From Antedon mediterranea (Eukaryota; Animalia; Echinodermata): 64,000 nt of DNA. The notes beneath the pieces were generated by a model, which was given only the letters and a program-made list of their open reading frames with translations, made no database searches and was not told the DNA's origin. The stretch lies in NCBI RefSeq assembly GCF_964355755.1, contig NC_092671.1, positions 19,096,001 through 19,160,000 of the forward strand. Direction: 5' to 3'. Position numbers and translations under genes: made by a program. Of this stretch, positions 10,236-22,449 are shown one piece after another. How positions within the stretch are numbered: position 1 is the first letter of the stretch; each line of letters begins with the position of its first letter.

Positions 10236-13200
10236 TTGAAATTCATACACTATATACTGTTCTAAACACCCAACAAAAACAATGTGGGTAGATCTGGAGA
10301 TTTTTTTGTAACTACTGTAGTACAGTCAATATAAAATTAGGTAGTACCGTATAAATATAATGTATTTATTCATGCATTACCGTTTTATACTGTCTTTTTA
10401 TTGCTTGACTTTCATTGTGTTCTGCAACAATTGACAAAATTCGAGTATGGAAATTTGTTCATGGTACACGTCATAAAAAAGGAAATAGTTTAAACAAATC
10501 CTTATTAAAAACGCTTACGTCTAGTACACATGGTGCAATTAAAAATCATAATGTAGTTTCCAACGTACAATTAGAAATACTTTCATAAACTGTATATGAA
10601 ACAGTTATTATTGACGATTTGCGACGCCATATGCATATATATCTAATAATTTCCTTATTAGTATATGAAGAGATAATGTATACGAGTTAAATGGTTTATA
10701 TTATTATCTAAAAGTTTAAGGGTGAAATGCTAGGAGAGAAAAAAGAAAAGAAAAAGAAATGAATTAAGATCTGAAATCATCCAAAAAGAATGAAAAGCCA
10801 TTCATCTATTAAGGCGGTTTCGCTGATGTCCTCTTACTCTTAGATCAGAAATGGCAAGAAATGTGTCAACTACATGAACAAGATCATTAAAAGAAGAATA
10901 TTCTATTGATGTTATCTGAGAGGAATATTATCGCCACTTTTGCAACCACCAGTTGAAGTGACATTAAGTGAAGTTGTGTGAAGTAATTGCGCGCAGCACA
11001 GGAATTAGCAGCATGATGGAGGGCATGATGGGCGTTAATGCATCAGCTATAAAATCTTAATGCATCATCCCTTTTTAGAATTTACTCTTCTATATACCAC
11101 GTTGCTTTTTCGATTTGTAGGCCTACCTGTAATAAAACATTAATGATCATAAATATAAAATGTGTGATTTATAATGTTATTTCCCATTACAGTATACAAA
11201 TTTGGTTTAGCAGCCACAGTATTTTTAACTTTGTCGGTTGATCAGCGCCATTTCAAACATTAGCTAAGATTACGAAATGATATATATAATACAATTCCTT
11301 CTAAAACTAATTTTTTCCATTTTCTTAATTTTTAATCTTTCTCAGTTTACTTAATATTTTTGCAATATCTATTTCTGTCTATTTCTTTTTGTATATATAT
11401 ATATGTGTATTATTCACTGTAAACTTGTTGCACATCTCATTGAGACTGTGCCTCTGAATTAAAAGAGATAAAATACAAGTTCAGTTCATCAGTTTTGGTG
11501 GATAGGCTATAGAAGATGTTCACGTGGCAGGTGGGATCGCGCAGCAGACTCTATCACACCATCACACCCTGCATCTTCACCAGATCTTTTCACTTAGTTA
11601 GGCATAATAATAGAGATTTTCACAGAAATAAAGTTTGCAGGTTTTTGGAAATTTGCGATTGCGATCAACATACTTTGAACACACATTTTTTATTCACGAA
11701 CGTTGCAACTGGTCTCAAAATCAAATGAGCGGCACATACTAACTTTACTTAAAAGTACACGTCGGACCATGTTGAATATTTTATTCAGTTCTTATTGAAA
11801 CAAAATGTACAAATTTAATTTTGCTTAATATACAAATTGGAAAAATAATGTTTTAAACACAAATGATTTAGTAGTTTATGGCCTAAAATAATCTAATATA
11901 AAGTTACCTAATAAATTCAATACTTAAATGACTATAAGCCAAAGTATTACACATTAAAACTTTAAAGTTATATCATCGTAACGCGAATACGTGGATGCAA
12001 CATGTGCAAGCTGGTGCGGCTGACGATTGTTTGAAAAAATTCATTTAGGTTTTAGCATTTTATCGCGTTGTTCTAATAATAAATACAATAACAAGCCTAG
12101 AGTTTCGGATTAAATTTAGAAGGCTGCTTTCGAAGTACCTGTATACGTACTACTATTGTATACGTTCACTTTCCGAAAGCTCCATATTGTCTGTGGTCAA
12201 CCGACCCTAGCTAAACGATATAAGACTACAATATGTTTGTTTCTTCTTTCTATTTTGTCTCTTCAATAACTACCCCTACTATATTGAATTTAATTCAATT
12301 ATATATAGTGTAATAGTGTTTTTTAACGGCTATGTAACTAACTCTATTCTAAAATTTATTTAACAGTGATGTAATCAAGGCAATATAACCATGTTAGATT
12401 GGCTTGATGTAACTAACTCTATTATGCAATTCATTCTTAATAACCCTTAATAACATAAAATACATACTTATATCAAAAATACACCAAAGGGTAAAATTCT
12501 ACCAATTATATACACAATACATACTCAAATGTTGGAATGTTGCAAAATAAGATACGCGACCACTACCTAATGTGATATTTGTTCCTGAATGTCAGTAAAA
12601 TGCAACACCTTTAAATGCATAACTACAGTAAGACGACATTTTTTTCATTTGTGTTGCCTACGTTTTATACATAACTACTATTTTAACACATTCACTAATC
12701 TACACAATATCAATCCTCACAGTTAATCTTTTAATGCTTTCAGAGAAACTAGAACTGAATTTGCCATACATAACAATATTCTTACATCAAACAAAAGAAA
12801 TTAGAAGATTCATTATAGAACTATAGGATAACCATTTATGCTGTCTTTGTTGAAAATAATATTTTCACACGTCAAATCAAATAAATGGTTATCCTTATAG
12901 TTCTATAATGAAAATCTTATAATCTCTTTTAGATTTTGTAAGAAAAATGTATCTATTTATCGCGGATCGTTATTATCGTAGTGTGTGCAGCCTTAAGAGT
13001 GGCCATATTCGCCCATCACAATTCGGCAAATGGAGACACTTAGCATTAACTAATTCTACCACTGTAGTATTCAATCAATACAAACCGAAATACTATAGTT
13101 GTTACCTATTACAATGTTTCGAATCCTTTGCACCCACCTTTCTTTTATAGAAAAACATTTTTTTAAATATTTTCAAATGTTCCAAATGAATCAAATTAAA

Positions 13201-13762
13201 TTGTTACCCAGCTAAATGTGACAATATAAAAATATAAATTAATATAGCATTTATATAAACAGTACCCAAGAAAAGTGGAATAGCATTTTCCACAAATTCT
13301 ATACTGCTATACTGCAATCTGCAAGAATAGCCACAATACTACTGTATTTACATTATTTATTTTATTTTGTTGGTTCCTTTTTAGGCCATGTTTCCCCAGT
13401 CAAAAATCAACCGATAATTAAGCTGATAAGGCTCCTGTGGAAACAGAGTTTAACAGATTCCACTCGAGAAAAATAAACAGAGAATTATCTAATTCAAATC
13501 AGATATTCTATAACATTTGACCTGAAGGACAAATTATTGCATTGTGATTGAGCGCTTGGTGTTACGGGTAATGATTGATCATGGGCACTTGATTTTTTAT
13601 TAATTATTGGTGAAAACATTTTCATCATTTTTGTTAAGGTTGCAGAAACACGACCTATACTTGATATTACACTCTTCTGTTTTTGTTACTTCTTTCTGCA
13701 TGGTCTTGTTATTCTTCTATCGTTTAATGTACAGTAGTTGGTTTTCAACAAAGTTTTTTATT

Positions 13763-15926
13763 TTATTGCGTCATTTCCTTTTTTGCCAGTGTGTCTTGAT
13801 TCATTAGTTCATAGACAACTTTCTTATTCAAATGATGTATTTTTGAAAGGTGGTATGGTAGATCAGTCATACTAAAAAGTCCATTGCATACAGGGCATGT
13901 TAAATCAGCTGACAGATCACACATGGACTCCGTTTGAGGCACTGCAGATTCCATTTCTTGTTCCTCCTCAGATTCTTCAATTTGTTTATCAGCATTTTCA
14001 CATCCATGTTTGTGAACATCATCTAACGTTGTGAAAATGAGTTGACAAAGTTTACATGTGTAAGTTTTTTCACAGGTGAAGTCATTGACACTGTTGAGTG
14101 CACATGGATGCGAGGAATCAAGAAATGTCTCCAGGGAAAGTGAGGTTCGTTTGCATTTGTAACAGGTGTATGTTTCACTGTAGTGCAGCTTCTTTTTCTT
14201 TGATACAGAGAGCCTGTTTTTCTTAGGTCTTTCTAAGCATGGATGCATTGATAGATTTGACAGGTTAGGGAAGACTATATGACAGAATGTACACTGGAAA
14301 ACCTCTTCCCTTGTGTACTTTTCTCGAGGAACAGTCTTTTTTTCTTGATCATCTAGTGTGAAGACACTTTGAGCAGTTGTAGGTGCCAGATCATAATTAT
14401 CAGGTTCCTCATCCCCATCACCTTCATCAACTATCAATTCTCCTCTCCATGGAAATTCATCTTGACTAGTGTCATCCTCAGTGTCTTGTCCATCGTTTGC
14501 TTTGTCAACTTCTGATTCTGTAGTTGTTCCTTCTGGTTCCTCATGATTTACTTTAGATTTTGAGTACTGGTATGCCACAGAAACGCCATGTCTTTCTCTT
14601 AGATGTTCATGATAAAGCTCTTGACGTACTTCTATGAAACATACTTGACATTGGATTTTGGCTACTTTGTTTTTTGCAAAATTGCATAATCCATGACACT
14701 GCCTCACATGCCAGCTTAAGGATCCTGAATTATTGTAACTTTTAGAACACTTGTTGCATTTGTATGGTCGCGAGTTGTTATGTATGTTCATATGAGCTTT
14801 TAAATGGTAGTTATAATGAAAAGACTTCTGACAAAGGTGACACTGGTAGTTTCGAATATTCAAGTGAACCTTAAGATGTCTTCGCATTTTGCATTTGTTC
14901 CAGTATGCTCTGGTGCATTTCAGACATTTAAAGACACGATCATTTCCTTGGAGTACAATAGTAAAGTCCTTACCTTCTATAAATTGTCTTGTTGATTCAA
15001 GTTCCACTATTTTCTCATTCTTACTTGATGACGATGATGAATTATTCTCATTCTCTTCATAAGCTTGTTTTGCGAAATCCTTCTTGGTGTTTTGTAGTCC
15101 TACTTGGCGAGAATTTCTTTCTATGTGAAATGATGAATCTGTTGCATCAGAGTCACTATCCTTATCCACTTGTATTATTGCACCATGTTTGTTCCGAAAG
15201 AAAAGAATGATATCAGGAGTACCTGCTTTTGGAGATGAGTTAACTGTCAGATTCTTCTGCATAATGTTATTCCCATCAGTGTCAAATGGAACTTGAGCCA
15301 TTCTGTACCACACAACCCTGAATGTAAATATTATTCTATCTCGTGTAATATTGCAGAGTTGGTCTAAAGATGGAATGCCTAAAAATTGCATAAACTCCGG
15401 ACAACTCAATGTCAAAAAATCTTCAATAGGTTGACTTCTATCGTATTCACGATGTGTTGCTAGGTGGTCTTTTACTCGTTTGATGTTGGTTTTTGAAAGA
15501 TCATGAAAGCACAGTTTACATACATCTATACTATGGCATGAAAATATATGCAATAAAAATCCTCTATTTGTACTGGCTGTTACATGACAGCGAAGACAAT
15601 GGAGAGAATTGGCAAAAGGTAACCGTTCTAGTCGAATCTCTTTAATGGATTCTTGAATCAACCATCTTCTAATCGGACTGTTGTATCCAGACTTAGGACT
15701 CACTTGGTCTATGTCTGCTTGCAGGCCTGATGTACTTTGGCATGTGCTTAGTTTTGAACTTGAGACAGTGTCCTGGTCTTTTCCAGATACTGATTGAGAA
15801 ATTGTATACATGGATTTAACTGTGTTTGTAGACAGGAGATTTGACGTGGGTGGTTTGGTAATATCATTCTGAACCGATATAATCTCCTTGTTCTCCAATT
15901 GTGCTTTTAATGATGTTAATTCATTT
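13763..15926 (-). CDS. Multi-zinc-finger protein, terminal coding exon (about 10 C2H2/C2HC fingers)
   Basis: 711-aa ORF with acceptor TTTTTTTAG/ in phase 2. Tandem canonical fingers FKCLKC..HLKVH, YQCHLC..HMNIH, linker NNSRPYKC, plus C2HC fingers. Stop TAA at 13763. Confidence 0.92.
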
Positions 15927-16132
15927 CTAAAAAAATAAAATTTAATTATTATATTATATTAAATAGCTTGAAGAAACACATATTGTTAATATTGCAATGA
16001 CGCACATTGTGGATTTTTTATTTAAAAAAATTGAATTTATTTTAACCATAGTCAAACAACACATAAAATATAATCAATGTCCAAAGGTCCTAGTTCATCG
16101 GAAATCAAAAGTGCCCGAATAAATATACCTAC

Positions 16133-18428
16133 CTGTTTTCTTCTTCACTGGCATCATCTGCAATTTTACCTCTGGGTAATATATCTTCATGAGAAGACAT
16201 CACCATAAGAGCTTCAGATTCCAGATGTTTTTGACCAGAAAGGATCTCTATCCATATCTCATTACCTTTCATGGTCACTTGTCTTATAATAAGATCATCT
16301 TCAAATTTGTCCTTATGAGAAAATGCATCAACAAGAGCGTAATGCACAACAAGATCATCTAAAATGAATTTCTCATTAGTAATACAGCTTAAGCCATCCA
16401 GCTGCGAAACATCAATGGTTTTACATATATCATGAAGACTTTGACAGACATTCTCTTCAAGTTCCCAAGAATCAATGTTATGAATATCTTTCATGTGGTT
16501 CACAATGTTGTTACTAATTTTAAGTGGTTCAGCAGTGAAAGAGCAGATTTTGCAGATTAAGTTAGAATGATCACTAAATAGATGACTGATCAGGCCAATA
16601 TTACTTAGGGCATTGACACCACATTTATAACAAACAGGCCGTGGTTTACGAACATCTATTGTTGAATCATTCTTGCCAGTAAAACTCCGAAAATCATTTG
16701 AACAGTTCATTTCACTCGTAGACTCATTTTGTGAAGAGCCACTACCTGAATCAACAGTAAATCTTGGCTTTGTAATCATCTTAGAATCCAAAATTTGACG
16801 CACCGTCTGTGAACTTGGAAAAATTTGAATACTAGATCTTGGTAGTATTGAAGACTGACCTGAGGTAAAAACAGCAGTGTTTGAAGTTGGTGGTGGCTGA
16901 GAAACAGACATGTTAGATTGCTGTGGTAATTGACCCAGAATAAGTGGGTTCTGAAAAGCAGAAGTGCTTGGTACTGGCTTGGGTTTCAGTGTTGGTAGTT
17001 GTTTAGCACCTTTCTTATATGTAACATTTATGGTCTGTGGGTTGGGTATTCCAAGACCTTGTATACCCCCGATGCAACCTTCAATTCCAGCAATACTTTG
17101 GAAATTCTGATAACTATTATCCATTAATCTTTTCAGAGTTTCATACTTCTCTGGATGGTCAGTCAATATATGTTTAAGCTGTCTCTTTTGTGATTTACCA
17201 AAATCTTCATTACAGTTGACAACTGGACATGTATGCGTCGGATGCTGAACGCCAATCGCCTTAAGAACTCTACAAACAGAACTCAGTTGATGACTCTTTT
17301 TAATCATGTGTGTTTTTAGGGAAAGTATGTCAAAGAAAACGGTAAGTGATGGGCATATTGGGCATTTGTAGTAAGTAATATCATCAAAGCAAAAACTTGA
17401 ACAATCTCTTGGAGCTGCAAGCGCTGGTTGAGCCATGATTGTAGTTATAGGAATTGAAGGTTTTCTGTTAACCTTCACGGTCATTTTCATTTTTGGTGGA
17501 TCAACATTTTTGGTGATAGTTACAAATCTATTATCTTTGATTGAAGTCTGTATGTCTGGAGAGTCTCTAGTTCGAAAGAAACTATGCCACTTGTCATTCA
17601 CCTGGACTATTAGGCTGTATCTAGTCTCCTTTTTAGTTTCATTCTCTTGACAAAATACATTAATTTGGCATAATTTTCTTACATATAAAAATGTGTCGGT
17701 GTGCTCCCTAATTAGGTGTTTACAAAAATCTTCAATACTTCCTTCGATAGCTGCTTGGCATGTGTCAACAGGACAATATTGTTCATTTGACATTAGCAAT
17801 TCTTGTAAAAGTTCTTGTGCATCTGGCATCATTTTCCCATTCTCCTTGTGGAATGGTTCGTCAAAATGCTGCTGAAGCCAATATTTATGTAGAAAAACTT
17901 GCTGGGAATTGCACAATGGACAATGAAAAACCCAAAAATTGATTTTATGTAATAAAAATTTCTCTAAATTGGATGGTACTTTGAGAGCGTATTCATAAAT
18001 GTTGCTTGATTCCTCATCTTCTTCAATGACTTCTTTCTTAATGTCATCTGGACCAAGTATGATTGCCTCTTGTTCTTCTGGATGACCCTCTTTCAGAAAG
18101 AGTGTATTCTCATTCCATTGATTGATGACAGCATATCCTTGATCATCAACTTCCTCTTTCACTTCCATAATCAATGGCATTTCCTCACCCATATCACTGA
18201 AATGAATCCCACTTTCAATTGCAGATTCTGAGCCTTCATCTTCATCGGTTTGTGGAAAGAATTCATCTTCTTCATCTGCCTCTTGAAATGACACATGTTC
18301 AGATGGGTCATCTTCAACTGAATTGGCTTCTGAATACAGCAGTATACGTTCATATTCTGGATCTATCACTTCCTCTTTAATTAAAACAACTCCTGGATTT
18401 CTTTTGATTAAATCATGGTCTTGAATTT
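16133..18428 (-). CDS. Multi-zinc-finger protein, large internal exon (acidic/SUMO-motif region plus 6 atypical C2H2 fingers)
   Basis: 771-aa ORF with acceptor TTTTTCAG/ (phase 1) and donor AG/GTAGGT (phase 2), which joins in frame to 15926 (..EENR-NELTSLKAQLENK..). Contains IKEE, VKEE and IKKE motifs and CxxC..H...H fingers. Confidence 0.9.
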
Positions 18429-18910
18429 CTGAAAAATTAAACAAAATAGAGATTACATACAGTATTGTATATCTGCTGCCCTACCAAATTTTAAGATATA
18501 ATATATCTTAAAATTTGGTAGGGCATCATAATATTATTATGATGGTTCACAGTTCTTCAGTATATGGCCAACCTATGTTTGGATCTTTGAACAACAGTTT
18601 TCACAGTTTTGCCTAATTACAAAGTGGTTGTACAGATAAAAAACTAAACTAAAAATAAAGTAGAAATTAAATTAAAAGCTAGTCTATGTTAGTCTGTGTC
18701 CAACCTGTTCCACCCAATGGTAAATGACCAAATTTAAATGTTGTTTCCAAAAATACCGGTTTTAAAAACTAGTTTCTGTGGAGCAATTTTCTTTTTTATA
18801 GAACTGATTTTGCAGAAAACCGTTCTTTTGAAATTTTTTGGCAGAAATAGGCCCTACTGTACAGTACATTTAACAAACCCAACAATAATTGTTGTAAATG
18901 TCTTTCTTAC

Positions 18911-19046
18911 CTCCATTAACCGATTCATCTTGAGTGTTGTCCTCTGATTCCTCTAACGCTCCTGAAGCTGTATTTGCCTTCTTTGTTTCTGGGTGTTTAG
19001 AGTGAGTGTGTTTTGATTTGCGTTTTCTTGATTTTTTCTTCTTTTT
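18911..19046 (-). CDS. Multi-zinc-finger protein, basic NLS-like exon
   Basis: Acceptor TTTTTTTTACAG/; KKKKKSRKRKSKHTHSKHPETKK..ESVNG; donor G/GTAAGA in phase 1, compatible with the acceptor at 18428. Confidence 0.82.
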
Positions 19047-20928
19047 CTGTAAAAAAAATTGTGAAATGTGAAAACAATAAAACACAACAGTAAAGATATA
19101 TCTGAATTTATTCCACTTCATTCAATTAACCGGCTAAATGGATTTCAGAGGTCATTAAGGTCATACATACTGTACGTTTGACGTGTTGACTCAAATCATA
19201 AACTCCCCATTGTTTTACTGACTACTATCTACTATGCAAATTACAGTTAAACTGAGAAGACATAAGACTGCAATTAAGAAACAACACTGGGATGAATATT
19301 CATGAGGTGCCTGATCAGCTAAGTCGCAGTTACAGACAGCTACAGTTGAATGTTATAATAGAATGTTTTGTTGGCACACAGAACCACCTTTGGTAAGGAC
19401 AAGTAAAATTGGTAAGGACAAGTCAAATATCTGCCAAATATGGGACCCAGTTTTGGTTATTTATGACCACACCTACTACTTTACCTGCATTATTTCTATT
19501 GGGTGAACACTTTTGTGGGTGATACCTGACCTCCAACCTACAGGTATATCTAGACAATTTGAGTATAAATTTGTTCATTCATCAAATTAATTATCTGGAA
19601 ACAGTAGAAACTTCACAAAAAGTAAGGTGTTATAGAGAGTGTCTATTAAAAGAAAATGGAAAATATGAAACTACTAACAAAAATATCGCAGAGAAAGCGA
19701 TCAAAAGAGATTCTCTAATACACCTAAAAGTTTGCCAAAATTGAGATTTTCCCAGCGAGAAAATAGGAGATGTCACAGAGCTCATACTGTAGAAGAAAGA
19801 TTGAGACAAATATAGAACAAAATATTTTGTGTAAAGTCTTGGTAAAGCAGTTGGGCATGCAAAAAAGAATCTTCCTCCGACTTCCATACAATGGATGGTA
19901 GCAATATGTGCACACTATTTATGCACTTGAGCCATTTTTGACCACGTATATCTTTTAAACTATTCATTTTGTTACTTTGAATGTTGCAGAAATTAATTCA
20001 GGGCCAAAAATTGTCTAAAATTGAATGTATTGAAAGCACTAGGAGATAAAATACTGAAATTATGATCTTCCGAAAATTGACGATAGCACGTTTTACATTG
20101 AAATTGCTAGAAATATACACAAAACGCCTTCATTCCATAGTCATATTTGGACATGAAGGAATAAAGACACCAAACTGGTATATGCATTGATGAATTTATA
20201 TGATGAGTTTCAACTTTGGGAATAATTGCCCACAAGGTCAAAGTTCAAAACGAAAAAGTAATGATTTTTTATATTTTGTGTCCCGAGTGACTTTTTGATG
20301 CGCAGGATGAATTTTTAATATGATGAACTTTTTTGTATGGATACATTTAGCACCATATATTAACATTGTATAGAAAAAAATCAATTTAAAAATGTATTTT
20401 CATATTTAAAGGGGTAAAAATTGCCGAAACTGTTTGCAACAAAATAAATTGGGGTCTCTAGGGACCGAAATCTCTGAAAATAATTGAGATACAGCCATTT
20501 TTTTTTAATATCTATATTTTTAATCTATGATCAAAATTATGTTAGTGTATCAATATTCAGCTTATTAGCTTTAATAGTTTTTAAAATATGGCTAATTAAA
20601 AATGTAACTTTACAAAAAGGTAATTTATTAAGACCAAAAATTCTACAGACGACACATTTTCAAATGGCCATAACTTTGTAACGACTTGGAGTTGGCAACT
20701 GAAATTGTTGGTGTGTTCGTGAGACATATAGTTGCATATTATATGAAAGTTTCAAGAAAATCTGAGGGGGTACCCAGCCATGATTTTCAGAAAATTTGTT
20801 GAGTTGGCATAGAATGACCCATGAACAATAAAAAAAAATATATATTTTTTGTGTTGAGTCCGTAATCAAATCTTAATTCGATATTTTATCATTCAAATCG
20901 ACAATTTGGGTCGGGAAGCGATTTTTTA

Positions 20929-21224
20929 TTTCGTACAGAAGTTGGGGCCCCTTATGTGAAAGATAGTTAAGTTCATAAATATAACTAAACCTAACCCTCT
21001 AGATAATCTCTCTCACTATAAAGTAAAAAGAACTTGTTCATCGGATTCGAACCCAATACATCGACATGTAAAGTCCATAGCCTAATCTACTCGACTACAC
21101 AGACAGCTCGACCTTTGTATTAGCGAATTGTTAGCTCATTTATAACGTAGCTTATGGACATGATTAATGAATATTCATTCATATTTTGTGACGTCTCATG
21201 AGGGATCCCCAATTTATGTACGAA
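20929..21224. mobile_element. MITE with ~28-bp imperfect TIRs, CCTAACCCT motif and internal tRNA-like segment
   Basis: TTCGTACAGAAGTTGGGGCCCCTTATG versus CATGAGGGATCCCCAATTTATGTACGAA. A minus-strand GGGTTCGAATCC (B-box) lies near 21043-21054. Confidence 0.65.
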
Positions 21225-21279
21225 AATTTGTATATTCGAAATATCGTGGCCGGGAAAAGTAAACTTTTATTATACTTAA

Positions 21280-21854
21280 AGGCCAGGTGCGGGCAAAAAA
21301 TTTCTATTGATCATACATTCCAATAATTATCGATCTATAGTTTCCCCTATGTTTCATAATTTTTGGGATTTTATTTGTGTTACACAAGCTTGTTGAAAAT
21401 AAGCACTTTCTTATCAGTGTGGGGATAGTTCAAATTACACAGTAAAATCTCTATTCTTTTGTACACAAATTTTGTAAATAGAGAGGCATTTTAAAAAGCT
21501 ATGAAAAATAAACAGTGTGGTAAAAAATGTTATCAGATGACTAAATATAATATAAATTTCTGATATTTTTATTCAACTTCAGCTTTTTATTTTCATGCTA
21601 TAGCAAAAATTATTCACTGTATATCCACCATCTTTTTTCACCGTCTAGGGAGTCACCAGACATGTTATTACATTAGGTTAACCTAACTACTGAAAAAAAG
21701 TCTTTCTGTTTTTTATGGAAGAATTTTGCCAAATTTTGTATTTGACCATATTAAGGGAAATTCATGTTTTTTCGTCTCGATTTCTGTTACAAATATTTGA
21801 TTTATGTACAATTAACCAGATATTATATTTAAAATTCATGCCTGTACCTGAGCT
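21280..21854. mobile_element. Kolobok-like non-autonomous DNA transposon
   Basis: TTAA|AGGCCAGGTGCGGGCA .. TGCCTGTACCTGAGCT|TTAA: TTAA TSD, AG..CT termini and imperfect TIRs. Confidence 0.65.
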
Positions 21855-22449
21855 TTAATAATCATGCCATGTAAATTACAAAAGTAGCAAGTACATAACT
21901 AATCTCCCATAGAAAAAAATTGCAAAATATCAAAACCAGTGAAATAAAAATAAAATGTAAATGAATAACCGTAATTCGTGTTTCCGCAGCAATGTGTTTT
22001 TCATTCGATTTTTGTCCACTTTTTTTTTTATCTCTACGTATTAAATAATTAATACACCACGAAAAACACACAAAATAATATAGTTTGGCATTGTTATACT
22101 TTCGTTATGTGTTTGCGCGCATCATCTAATTTACACAGCACAATTTTTATTTAGCATCTCTTGTTTTCCAGTCAAAAGTAAAGTCTAAAGTTCCATATCC
22201 ACTATACTATTGTTTTAATTTTTTAGCCTACATATATTGAAGTGAAGGAATACTGTATAACGAACCAATGGCCAAATTTTATTTGTGATACAATTTGTTT
22301 TTATTTTAATAATTTGTCAAAAGTACTTTTATCAAAGTGCGCTGTACAGTACTTGCCCATGCAAAGTATATAACAACACATTAAGGCAGAAAAAGACTGT
22401 GCGGAGCACGGGTTACTGCTATTCAATAATAATTCAGGGTATTTTAAAG

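Noticed and set aside
19530-20820. Possible DNA-transposon relic (GGGTCATTCTATGCC end at 20820 on the minus strand; frameshifted PHD-like KWLKC..CTYCYH..PNC at about 19850-19940)
   Set aside because: No matching second TIR or TSD was found, and the peptide similarity is too degraded to support a call.
21030-21112. Functional tRNA gene
   Set aside because: Only box-like motifs are present; acceptor and anticodon stems cannot be paired convincingly.
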